Assembly (NCBI GenBank): GCA_015067795.1
Contig: SVLU01000013.1
Location: 1-57,914, forward strand
Origin: Oscillospiraceae bacterium
Lineage (GTDB): Bacteria > Bacillota > Clostridia > Oscillospirales > Oscillospiraceae
Direction of reading: 5' to 3'
DNA length: 57,914 bases
Under the pieces are notes generated by a model. The model was not told where the DNA came from, did not search any database, and was given only the letters and a program-made list of their open reading frames with translations. Made by a program: the position numbers and the translations under genes. This document shows, piece after piece, positions 19,116 to 27,666 of this stretch (position 1 is the first letter of the stretch; each line of letters opens with the position of its first letter).

Positions 19116-19359
19116 TTTCCAAAAACATTCAGAAATTACATCAAATCAGCAGTATTTGATAACTATTTCAAGCAGTAGAATTCCACTCTACTGTGGGTAG
19201 AGACTCTACTCATGCCCTTTCTCCGTTGGAATTGCCCTTTAGGTTGAGCATTTTCCCTTCGATTATTATAATCGAAGACAAGGAAAACACTTATTCCTCA
19301 GCCAAAAACTCAGCAGAAAAAATGCTTTGGAAAAACCCAATTATGAGAGGAGCATTAAT

Positions 19360-20280
19360 ATGGGTAAGATCGCCTTTGTATTTGCAGGGCAGGGCGCACA
19401 GTATTCGGGCATGGGACTGGATCTGACAATGGTTTCTCCTGCTGCGGCAAAAGTATTTAACACTCTGGATATCATACATCCCGGAACTTCTTATCAGTGC
19501 TTCAGCGGTGACAGCAAAGCATTACGCGACAGCAAGAACTCACACCCTTGCTTATTTGCAGTAGATATGGCATGTGCCGCCGCTCTCAATGACATCGGTG
19601 TTAAGGCTGATATGGTTGCCGGCTATTCCGTAGGCGAAATGGCAGCGCTTGCATATTCAGGTGCAATCGACATTCCCTCTGCGTTTCGTCTTGTACATAA
19701 ACGCAGCAGCTTCATGCACAAGGCTGCAGAATTCAGCGAAACCTCTCTGTTTGCTGTTACTCGTCTTTCCAATGAAAAGGTTAAGGAGATTTGCTCCCGT
19801 TTTACCAACGTATATCCTATTTGTTTCAACTGTCCCGGTCAGGTATTGGTTTCCGGTCTTAAGGAGGCACTCCCTGAATTCGTGTGGGCTGTTAAGGAAG
19901 CCGGCGGAAAATTACTGCCAATGAAGAATTGCAGCAGCTACCACTCCCCTTTTATGCTTTCCGCATCAATGGCACTTGCAGGTGAAGCTGCAAAGTATCA
20001 TTTCAATCGTCCAAACATTCCTGTCTACTCCAACTACACAGGTGAGGCTTACCCTGCCGATATAAAGAAGATGCCTGAATACATTTCACGTCAGGTTTCA
20101 TCCCCTGTTCTCTGGGAAAGAAACATTCGCAATATGATCCTTACAGGTGCCGATACATTTATCATTCTCGGTCCAAGTCAGATACTTGGCGATACTATCA
20201 GAAAGATCAATCCTGCTGTCCGCATTTACACCGCAGCAGATGTACTTGGTCTGAACACCATTCTCCAGGAAGTTTGTTAA
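19360..20280 (+). CDS. fabD: ACP S-malonyltransferase (FabD-like), stand-alone and not in a fab cluster
   Basis: GQGAQYSGMG, GYSVGE (GHSxG nucleophile elbow), ...YHSPFM... (active-site His), R in ...LVHKRS... Start ATG 19360 follows a GAGAGGAG ribosome-binding site. Confidence 0.8.
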   Translation: MGKIAFVFAGQGAQYSGMGLDLTMVSPAAAKVFNTLDIIHPGTSYQCFSGDSKALRDSKNSHPCLFAVDMACAAALNDIGVKADMVAGYSVGEMAALAYSGAIDIPSAFRLVHKRSSFMHKAAEFSETSLFAVTRLSNEKVKEICSRFTNVYPICFNCPGQVLVSGLKEALPEFVWAVKEAGGKLLPMKNCSSYHSPFMLSASMALAGEAAKYHFNRPNIPVYSNYTGEAYPADIKKMPEYISRQVSSPVLWERNIRNMILTGADTFIILGPSQILGDTIRKINPAVRIYTAADVLGLNTILQEVC

Positions 20281-20319
20281 AAATCTCCTACCTCAATTAT
20301 ATTCCATCCTCTATATCCC

Positions 20320-20360
20320 TTGACCTGCAAACACTTCCCCCCGTGTTTGCAGGTCGCCTT
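20320..20360 (+). terminator. rho-independent terminator after fabD
   Basis: cctgcaaacacttccccccgtgtttgcagg hairpin followed by a T-rich tail. Confidence 0.6.
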
Positions 20361-20469
20361 TTATCAGAAAGTTTTCATGGATAATACTGGCATCACGACA
20401 GATTTAATGGTATAATGCAGGATGGCGGTTAATAGGAACCGCACTATATAAATTGGGGTAGGAATACTG

Positions 20470-21054
20470 ATGTCAGAACATCCAAAGTACAGACGCAACA
20501 GCAAGCGTGAGGATCTTATTAAGGCAGGTATTGCAGAAATCAATGCACACGGTATAGCAGGCTTTTCCATCCGCAGCGTTGCTGCCGCCTGCGGTGTATC
20601 CTGTGCGGCACCTGCCAAGCATTTTGGCAACCGCAACGGGTTCCTTGCGGCTATAATAGAATACGTAAACTCTCAGTGGCGTGAACGCCAGCTTTGCATT
20701 ATTGAGGAACATAAGGACAGCATTAAGGATCAAATTATAGGCTTAAGTGTTGCTTATGTGCAGTTTTTAGTAGAAAACCCGCATTTTCGTTCCATTCTCA
20801 TGCTGAAGGACGATGAATTTGACAATACTTATCATAAGCTCCGCGGTGAGATGACAAGCATCACCCAAAAGTTAGTGGATGAATATTGCAAATCGGTAAA
20901 CATGGACGACGATGTCCGTGCACGGAAGCTGTACGTGGTACGTTCACTTATATTCGGTGCGGCACTTATGTTTGATAACGGCGAAATGGAATACAGCGAA
21001 AAAACAATGGAATATGTACGTACAAGCATTGCGCGTGAATTTGAACTGGCTTAA
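20470..21054 (+). CDS. TetR/AcrR-family transcriptional regulator
   Basis: N-terminal HTH ...GIAGFSIRSVAAACGVSCAAPAKHFGNRNGFL... An extended -10 element (tgGTATAAT) lies at 20404-20416. Confidence 0.85.
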   Translation: MSEHPKYRRNSKREDLIKAGIAEINAHGIAGFSIRSVAAACGVSCAAPAKHFGNRNGFLAAIIEYVNSQWRERQLCIIEEHKDSIKDQIIGLSVAYVQFLVENPHFRSILMLKDDEFDNTYHKLRGEMTSITQKLVDEYCKSVNMDDDVRARKLYVVRSLIFGAALMFDNGEMEYSEKTMEYVRTSIAREFELA

Positions 21055-21063
21055 GGAGCATAA

Positions 21064-21774
21064 ATGAGTATTAAAGCAGTATTATTCGATCTCGACGGCA
21101 CACTCATACCTATGAGTCAGGATGAATTTATTGCCGCATATTTTAAGGAGCTTGCCAAAAAGGTATGCCCTGTTATGGGCATCAGCCCGGATATGCTTGT
21201 AAAGGGTATCTGGACAGGCACAGGGGCAATGATAGAAAACGACGGCTCAAGACGAAACGATGAAGCCTTCTGGGATGTTTTTATCAGGCTGACGGGACTT
21301 GAATATGATATAGTAAAGCCTCTCACCGATGACTTCTATCCCAACGAATTCAACAACGCCAAAGTCGTTGCAAAGGAAAATTCCCTTGCAAAAAAGGCTG
21401 TTGAGCTTGCCGGCAGAAATGGCAGGAAGGTAGTTCTTGCCACAAACCCCATCTTCCCTATGGCAGGACAGGTTTCCAGAGTGCATTGGATCGGTCTCAA
21501 CGAAGCCGACTTTGAGCTTATCACAGCCTACGAAACCGAGAGTTACTGCAAGCCCAACAGACAGTATTATCTCTCCATTTGTGAGCGTATCGGTGTGCCT
21601 CCCGAAGAGTGCCTTATGGTCGGCAACGACGAGGGCGAGGATATGTATCCCGCCTCTTCTCTTGGTATGCGCTGCTTTAATGTTACCGACTATAAAATCG
21701 CAAATGAAGCTCACCCTTGGAATGGCGACAGCGGTGATTTTACTCAGCTTATTGAGTATCTCGAAAAGCTGTAA
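21064..21774 (+). CDS. HAD-superfamily hydrolase (subfamily IA)
   Basis: Motif I VLFDLDGTL, motif III K, motif IV GNDEGED. Confidence 0.8.
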   Translation: MSIKAVLFDLDGTLIPMSQDEFIAAYFKELAKKVCPVMGISPDMLVKGIWTGTGAMIENDGSRRNDEAFWDVFIRLTGLEYDIVKPLTDDFYPNEFNNAKVVAKENSLAKKAVELAGRNGRKVVLATNPIFPMAGQVSRVHWIGLNEADFELITAYETESYCKPNRQYYLSICERIGVPPEECLMVGNDEGEDMYPASSLGMRCFNVTDYKIANEAHPWNGDSGDFTQLIEYLEKL

Positions 21775-21869
21775 TGACAATTATTTGCAGAATAGTTTTC
21801 CTCCCTCAGTCAGCTTACTCCAACAAACCAAGATCATAAAATTGCAGTGGGTTCATGGATAAATATGAG

Positions 21870-22245
21870 TGGCAGAAAACTAAAACAATCACCGCAGAAA
21901 GCGTCTAAGCGATGGTGAGGCAGAGTCAATTAAAATCTGTTTCCGCAGAAAGTCAGAGGCTGGTGTGTATGATTGTAGCGGAGGGGATTTTTAAGGGGGA
22001 CCGCTATTTGTAAAGCGGTTCCTCTTAAGTAAACGATGATTAAATGCACCTTCAGCATCTGGCGGCTATTTTCCGCCGGAAATGCGTTACATTTTCTTGA
22101 AATACACAAAGTATTACCTGCGAAAATGTGCCTTTTTCCAACGAAAAATATCTCGCCATCTGCTCTCGGTGAATTAATCATCGTTTACTTAAACGGACTT
22201 GGTTACTTTCTTCCGAAAGAAAGTAACCGCTCGCCGCGTAGGCGA
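21870..22245 (+). repeat. intergenic repeat element, copy A: conserved termini shared with copy B, and a nested inner unit (22024-22193) with 19-bp terminal inverted repeats carrying a 66-bp core shared with copy C
   Basis: The 5' end tggcagaaaacyaaaacaatcac...agcgtcyaagcgatggtgaggcasagtcaattaaartctg and the 3' end ctttct..cgaaagaaagt..gc.cgccgcgtaggcga both recur, inverted, at 51636-51861. The inner terminal inverted repeats are cttaagtaaacgatgattaa / ttaatcatcgtttacttaa. The core ggaaatgcgttacattttcttgaaatacacaaagtatt is identical at 52819-52856. Confidence 0.7.
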
Positions 22246-22520
22246 CACAATGAAAAAAATTGTTTTGCAGAAAAAACTATGCCTTGAAGGGCAGCGGTTT
22301 GCTCCCACAGCAAAAAATGCTCTGAGATTATACTGGCGGCTGATAGCCGCCCCTACGAGAAATCATGAAAAAAGATGGATTTCGCCGGGAAAATATTGCT
22401 GAAAAATATACTCTTTTGACACGCTCCTTCCATCTTTGATGGAGGTTTTCTGCCTTTTGTCATTTCGGGAATTGACAAAAATTCTCTCGAATATTACAAT
22501 AATTACGTGAAAATAATGTG

Positions 22521-22549
22521 TTGACAACATTTTAAAATTGTGGTATAAC
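22521..22549 (+). promoter_or_regulatory. promoter of the aspS operon (TTGACA-17-TATAAC with an extended -10 TG)
   Basis: TTGACAacattttaaaattgTGgTATAAC. Confidence 0.6.
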
Positions 22550-22555
22550 GAAAAA

Positions 22556-22825
22556 GTAAAAAATAAAGGCAGCGATGGAGATAGTATCGTGGCAATCGCA
22601 TTCACAGAGAGCTGTTGGTGCTGGGAAAACGGCAATGTCTGTCATGAGAAGCAACACTCCGGAGCCGACGGAAGAAAACCCTTTACAGGTGAGTAGAACC
22701 GTCCGTTGCATCGCGTAAAGATGAAAATGAAGAGGATTGTAATCAATCAATTTGGGTGGTATCGCGGAAGATGTCTTTCGTCCCATGGATGGGCGAATGT
22801 CATCTTCTTTTTTTATTTCATTTTT
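22556..22825 (+). ncRNA. T-box riboswitch leader of aspS, probably with a GAC (Asp) specifier
   Basis: AG-box AGAGAG at about 22603. The canonical T-box sequence AATTTGGGTGGTATCGCGG is at 22749-22767 and runs straight into the terminator hairpin gaagatgtc...gacatcttc plus a T-run at 22767-22814. A GAC triplet sits in a plausible specifier position (ccGACgga). Confidence 0.85.
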
Positions 22826-22886
22826 TCGGAAGTATGGCATATCGCACCAAATATCTCATACTTTATTGTTTGGAGGAATATGACTT

Positions 22887-24650
22887 ATGTTAAGAACACA
22901 CACTTGTAATGAGTTGACCCTGAACCACATCGGCGAGACCGTAACACTCACCGGTTGGGTAGATACCGTTCGTGACCACGGCGGTGTTATTTTCGTTGAC
23001 CTGAGAGACCATTTTGGTGTTACACAGGTCGTTCTCTCTGATGACAGCCTCATTAACGGCATCAGCAAGGAAACCGTTGTTCTCATCGAAGGTAATGTTA
23101 CCCGCAGAGATGAAGAAACCATCAATCCAAAGATCGCAACAGGCATGATCGAGGTTCGTGCTGACCGTCTTGAGGTTCTTGGCCCAAGCCAGCAGTCCCT
23201 GCCTTTTGAAATCGACAATTCCACACAGACCCGTGAAGATGTACGTCTTAAGTACCGCTTCCTCGATCTGCGTAATCCAAAGATCCACAAGAACATCGTT
23301 CTTCGTTCCCAGGTTCTCAGCTATCTGAGAAGCCAGATGGAAGAAATGGGCTTCATGGAGATCCAGACACCTATCCTCACAGCTTCTTCCCCCGAAGGTG
23401 CTCGTGACTATCTGGTACCAAGCCGTAAGCACAAGGGCAAATTCTACGCTCTTCCACAGGCTCCACAGCAGTTCAAGCAGCTTCTGATGGCATCCGGCTT
23501 CGACCGTTACTTCCAGATCGCTCCATGCTTCCGTGACGAAGACGCACGTCAGGATCGTTCCCCCGGTGAATTCTACCAGCTGGACTTTGAAATGGCATTT
23601 GCAACTCAGGAGGACGTTTTTGAGGTAGCTGAACAGGTTATCTATAACACCTTCAAGAAGTTCACCGATAAGGAAATCTCCGCACCACCTTTCAAGCGTA
23701 TTCCATTCAACGAAGCAATGCTGAAGTACGGCACAGATAAGCCTGACCTTCGCAACCCACTTCTCATTCAGGACCTTACCGAATTCTTCGGCAAGCACGA
23801 ATTCCTGTACTTCAACGGCAGAACTATTCCTTTCAAGAACAAGCTGGTTCGCGGTATCGTTGCCAACTACCTTGTAAAGAAGGACGGCAAGAAGGCATTT
23901 GAAAAGGACATCGACGCATATTCCAGAAGCATCGGTATGCGCTTCGGCGTTGGTTATATCACCCTTGAAAACGGCGAATACAAGGGTCCTATCGCAAAGT
24001 TCCTTACAGAAGAACAGAAGGCTGAGCTTACTGAGCTTGTTGGCATCAAGGATGGCGAATCTCTCTTCTTCATCAGCGATACTCCTGCTGTTATCAACCA
24101 GCTTGCAGGTCAGATGAGAACATGGATCGCAAATGAGCTGAACCTCATCAATAAGGATGCATTTGAATTCTGCTATATCGTTGACTTCCCAATGTACGAA
24201 CGCAACAGCGAAACAAACAAGATCGACTTCACCCATAACCCATTCTCCATGCCACAGGGCGGTATGGACGCTCTTCTCAACAAGGATCCTCTTGAAATTT
24301 TTGCTTACCAGTACGACATCGTTTGCAACGGTATTGAGCTGTCCTCCGGTGCTGTTCGTAACCACAACCCTGAAATCATGAAGAAGGCATTTGAAATTGC
24401 CGGCTACGGCGAAGAGGATGTTAAGGCTAAGTTTGGTGCTCTGTATACCGCTTTCTCTTACGGTGCTCCTCCACACGCAGGCATGGCACCGGGCGTTGAC
24501 CGTATGATCATGCTCCTGGCAGGAGAAGAAACCATCCGTGACGTTATCGCATTCCCACTTAACGGCAATGCTCAGGACGTTATGATGGGTGCTCCCGGCG
24601 AAGTAACCGAACAGCAGCTGAGAGAAGTTCATATCAGAGTCAGAGACTAA
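22887..24650 (+). CDS. aspS: aspartyl-tRNA synthetase, probably non-discriminating since gatCAB follows
   Basis: The 587 aa product has an N-terminal OB-fold anticodon-binding domain and class II aaRS motifs (FRDEDARQDRSPGEFYQLDFE; GAPPHAGMAPGVDR). Confidence 0.95.
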   Translation: MLRTHTCNELTLNHIGETVTLTGWVDTVRDHGGVIFVDLRDHFGVTQVVLSDDSLINGISKETVVLIEGNVTRRDEETINPKIATGMIEVRADRLEVLGPSQQSLPFEIDNSTQTREDVRLKYRFLDLRNPKIHKNIVLRSQVLSYLRSQMEEMGFMEIQTPILTASSPEGARDYLVPSRKHKGKFYALPQAPQQFKQLLMASGFDRYFQIAPCFRDEDARQDRSPGEFYQLDFEMAFATQEDVFEVAEQVIYNTFKKFTDKEISAPPFKRIPFNEAMLKYGTDKPDLRNPLLIQDLTEFFGKHEFLYFNGRTIPFKNKLVRGIVANYLVKKDGKKAFEKDIDAYSRSIGMRFGVGYITLENGEYKGPIAKFLTEEQKAELTELVGIKDGESLFFISDTPAVINQLAGQMRTWIANELNLINKDAFEFCYIVDFPMYERNSETNKIDFTHNPFSMPQGGMDALLNKDPLEIFAYQYDIVCNGIELSSGAVRNHNPEIMKKAFEIAGYGEEDVKAKFGALYTAFSYGAPPHAGMAPGVDRMIMLLAGEETIRDVIAFPLNGNAQDVMMGAPGEVTEQQLREVHIRVRD

Positions 24651-24664
24651 GAAAGGAGCTATCT

Positions 24665-24946
24665 ATGGATAGAGAAGCTTTACGCAGACTGGAAAAGCTT
24701 AACCAGCTGCAGCTGAATGATGAACAGAAAGAAGATGTACTGGCTTTCTTTGCAGACCAGTATGACCGTATCGATAAGCTGTCCGCCATCGACACAGAAC
24801 AGGTGGAACGCATGGTACACGTAATGCCGATCTTCACGGTAGTACGTGATGACGTTGCCGTTCAGCCTTTCACTCGCGACCAGCTCCAGAAGGATGCTCC
24901 CGAGACAATGGATGGCTACTGGCAGGTTCCAAGACTTGTTGAATAA
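24665..24946 (+). CDS. gatC: Asp/Glu-tRNA amidotransferase subunit C
   Basis: 93 aa at the operon position between aspS and gatA. The small acidic, helical protein is typical of GatC. Confidence 0.85.
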   Translation: MDREALRRLEKLNQLQLNDEQKEDVLAFFADQYDRIDKLSAIDTEQVERMVHVMPIFTVVRDDVAVQPFTRDQLQKDAPETMDGYWQVPRLVE

Positions 24947-24969
24947 GTCCTTTTGAAAGGAAGATTCTT

Positions 24970-26175
24970 ATGAGATTATATGTAAATGAAAGTTCTAAGG
25001 CTGACGGCAAGCGTGTAGTGCTGGACGATATGCTCCTGACAACCGACCTGCCAACCACCGCAGGCTCTAAAATGCTTGAAAATTATGTAAGCCTTTTTGA
25101 AGCTGATATTATCAGCAAGCTGAGAAACGCAGGCTACTCCGTCTGCGGCAAGGCAAATATTGGTGAATTTGCAATCGACCTGCTGGGCGAAACATCCTGG
25201 TTCGGTGCCTGTGTCCGTGAGGACGGCACTCTCACCAATGCTTCCGCTGAGATTTTAGCAGACGACTCCATTGACGCTGTCATCTGCCTCGATGTAAACG
25301 GTGCACCAAGACGTGCTGCCGCTCTCGCAAACCGCGTTTTTATCAAGCCAACCTACGGCACAGTTTCCCGCTATGGCACTATCCCTGTTGCCTGCTCCGG
25401 TGAAACCGTCAGCGTTATGGCAGCAAGCACAGCAAAGTGCCGTGAGGCTCTTTCCGCTATCGTTGGTCATGACGATAAGGACGGCACAAGCCTTTCTGAA
25501 GCACAGTGTGCTCTTCTCAAGTCCGATGCTGAACGTAAGGCAGTAAAAAAGGTTGCTCTCGCTTCCTCTCTCACAGCTTCCGCCGACGAAGAGACAAAGG
25601 CAAAGATCAATGCTTTCCGTGCTTCCCTTGAAGCTCAGGGCATCACAGTAACCGAAATTGACGATCAGCTCCTTGGGGCTGCAAATACCGCATGGAACGT
25701 CCTGATGGCTGCCGAGCTTTGCAACAACGTATCCCGTTATGAGGGCGTTAAGTTCGGCTATCGTTCCCCTAACTACACAAACATCGACGAGCTGTATACA
25801 AACAGCCGTACCGAAGCTTTCGGTGATCTCCTCAAGACCACCATCCTGTTTGGCTCAGATGTGCTTTCCACCGACAATTACATGAAGATGTACGACAAGG
25901 GTCTCAGAGTTCGCAGAGTCATCTCCGAAGCATTTGCCGGTATTTTCAAGGAATATGATGCAGTTCTGATGCCTGCCTGTTCCAAGTGCAGTTATTCCGA
26001 AGCTGATGTTAAGGCAAACAAGTATATCGCATACGAAGAGAACGTTTACACAGCACCTGCTTCCATCACAGGTCTGCCTGCTGTTGTAGTGGGCGGTGTA
26101 CAGCTTGTGGGTGCTCCATTCTCCGACAACAGCCTGCTTGATGCTGCCGAAATCTACGAAAAGGAGCATAAGTGA
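24970..26175 (+). CDS. gatA: GatA-like amidotransferase subunit A paralogue: truncated (401 aa rather than about 485) and lacking the amidase-signature catalytic motif
   Basis: It retains DLPTTAGSKMLENY (the Lys of the triad) and KPTYGTVSRYG. The region that should read GGSSGGSAAAVA....GSDTGGSIR instead reads ASAEILADDSIDAV...LDVNGAPRRAAAL. About 45 N-terminal residues are also missing. Confidence 0.75.
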   Translation: MRLYVNESSKADGKRVVLDDMLLTTDLPTTAGSKMLENYVSLFEADIISKLRNAGYSVCGKANIGEFAIDLLGETSWFGACVREDGTLTNASAEILADDSIDAVICLDVNGAPRRAAALANRVFIKPTYGTVSRYGTIPVACSGETVSVMAASTAKCREALSAIVGHDDKDGTSLSEAQCALLKSDAERKAVKKVALASSLTASADEETKAKINAFRASLEAQGITVTEIDDQLLGAANTAWNVLMAAELCNNVSRYEGVKFGYRSPNYTNIDELYTNSRTEAFGDLLKTTILFGSDVLSTDNYMKMYDKGLRVRRVISEAFAGIFKEYDAVLMPACSKCSYSEADVKANKYIAYEENVYTAPASITGLPAVVVGGVQLVGAPFSDNSLLDAAEIYEKEHK

Positions 26176-27611
26176 TGAGTAAGTACGAAACCGTAATCGG
26201 CCTGGAAGTTCATGTTGAGCTTGCCACCGAATCGAAAATTTTCTGTTCCTGTTCCGCAAAGTTTGGTGCAGAACAGAACGATCACGTCTGTCCTGCCTGC
26301 TGTGGTATGCCGGGTATGCTCCCTGTAACCAACAAGCGTGTTGTTGACCTGGGCGTTACCGCAGGTCTGATGCTGAACTGCGATATCAACCGTGTTACCA
26401 CCTTCGACAAAAAGAGCTATTACTATCCTGACCTCCCCTGCTCCTATCAGACAACTCAGTGGTTTGCTCCTGTCTGTGTGAACGGTACAGTTACCATCGA
26501 GACTTCCAAGGGCAAGAAGGACATCCGCATTAAGCAGATCCATATGGAAGAAGATGCAGGCAAGCTGGTTCATGACGACTGGACCGACACCTCCCTTGTT
26601 GACTTCAACCGTACCAGTGTTCCTCTTATCGAGATCGTCAGCCAGCCTGACCTCTCCAGTGCTGAGGAGGTTGTAGCATACCTGGAACGTCTCCGTTCCC
26701 TTCTCCGTTTTGCAAAGGTTTCCGACTGCCGTATGGAACAGGGCTCCATGCGCTGTGACGTAAACCTCTCTGTACGTCCTGAGGGTAGCGATATTCTCGG
26801 TGTCAGAACCGAAATGAAGAACATGAACTCCCTGTCCGCTATTGAACGTGCTATCGAATACGAAACAGCAAGACATATCGACGCTATTGAACGCGGTACC
26901 GAAGTTCTTGTTCAGGAAACTCGCCGCTGGGACGACATCAAGGGCAAGAGCTACGCTATGCGTAACAAGGAAACCGCAGGCGACTATCGCTACTTCCCTG
27001 ATCCTAACGTAATGCCTATCGTTATTGACGACGAATGGTTTGCAAAGATCACATCCACAATTCCCGATCTCCCTGAAGTTAAGAAGCAGAAGTACATCGA
27101 AAACCTGGGCCTCAGCGAATACGATGCTGACCAGCTTGTTCAGAGCAGAGCTTTCTGCGATTGCTTTGAAGCTGCTTATGCTGAATGCGGCATGGCTAAG
27201 GACGTTGCAAACTGGGTTATCTCCGACTGTGCAAATATGCTGAACAAGAAGCAGATGACTGCTGATATGCTCACCATCGACGGCAAGGCTCTCGGTCAGC
27301 TTATAAAGCTCGTTGCAGACGGTAAGGTCAGCCGTGCAAACGCAAAGAAGATCCTTGCAGTTATGTTCAACGAAAACATTGATCCTGCAGCTTACGCCGA
27401 GGCTAACGGTCTTATCGTTTCCAACGACACAGGCAAGATCAAGGATGTCATCAGAGGCGTTCTGGATGCAGATCCAAAGTCCGTTGCTGACTATAAGAAT
27501 GGCAAGGAAAAAGCTCTCATGGCGCTCTTCGGCAAGTGTATGCGCGAGCTTAAGGGCAATTGCGACCCACAGCTTCTTAGAAGCTATCTCCTTGAAATGA
27601 TCAATCAGTAA
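26175..27611 (+). CDS. gatB: Asp/Glu-tRNA amidotransferase subunit B
   Basis: YETVIGLEVHVEL...CSC....C..C.G.PG..P at the N-terminus. The C-terminal YqeY/GatB tail is present. The ATG overlaps the gatA stop. Confidence 0.95.
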   Translation: MSKYETVIGLEVHVELATESKIFCSCSAKFGAEQNDHVCPACCGMPGMLPVTNKRVVDLGVTAGLMLNCDINRVTTFDKKSYYYPDLPCSYQTTQWFAPVCVNGTVTIETSKGKKDIRIKQIHMEEDAGKLVHDDWTDTSLVDFNRTSVPLIEIVSQPDLSSAEEVVAYLERLRSLLRFAKVSDCRMEQGSMRCDVNLSVRPEGSDILGVRTEMKNMNSLSAIERAIEYETARHIDAIERGTEVLVQETRRWDDIKGKSYAMRNKETAGDYRYFPDPNVMPIVIDDEWFAKITSTIPDLPEVKKQKYIENLGLSEYDADQLVQSRAFCDCFEAAYAECGMAKDVANWVISDCANMLNKKQMTADMLTIDGKALGQLIKLVADGKVSRANAKKILAVMFNENIDPAAYAEANGLIVSNDTGKIKDVIRGVLDADPKSVADYKNGKEKALMALFGKCMRELKGNCDPQLLRSYLLEMINQ

Positions 27612-27622
27612 ACAAACAATTT

Positions 27623-27660
27623 ATGCCTCATCTGAGCTATTTCAGATGAGGCATTTGTTT
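27623..27660. terminator. bidirectional terminator between gatB and the convergent asparaginase gene
   Basis: atgcctcatctga-gctatt-tcagatgaggcat flanked by T-runs on both strands. Confidence 0.75.
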
Positions 27661-27666
27661 TGCTTA

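Noticed and set aside
22890-24632. A 580-aa ORF on the minus strand.
   Set aside because: It is antisense to aspS along its full length, and aspS is the real gene.
24970-26175. The possibility that the gatA anomaly is a frameshift or pseudogene.
   Set aside because: The ORF is uninterrupted from a plausible start to a stop that overlaps the gatB ATG. Conserved flanking motifs (TTAGSK, KPTYG.VSRYG) are in the same frame on both sides of the missing signature. This is therefore an in-frame divergence and not a frameshift.
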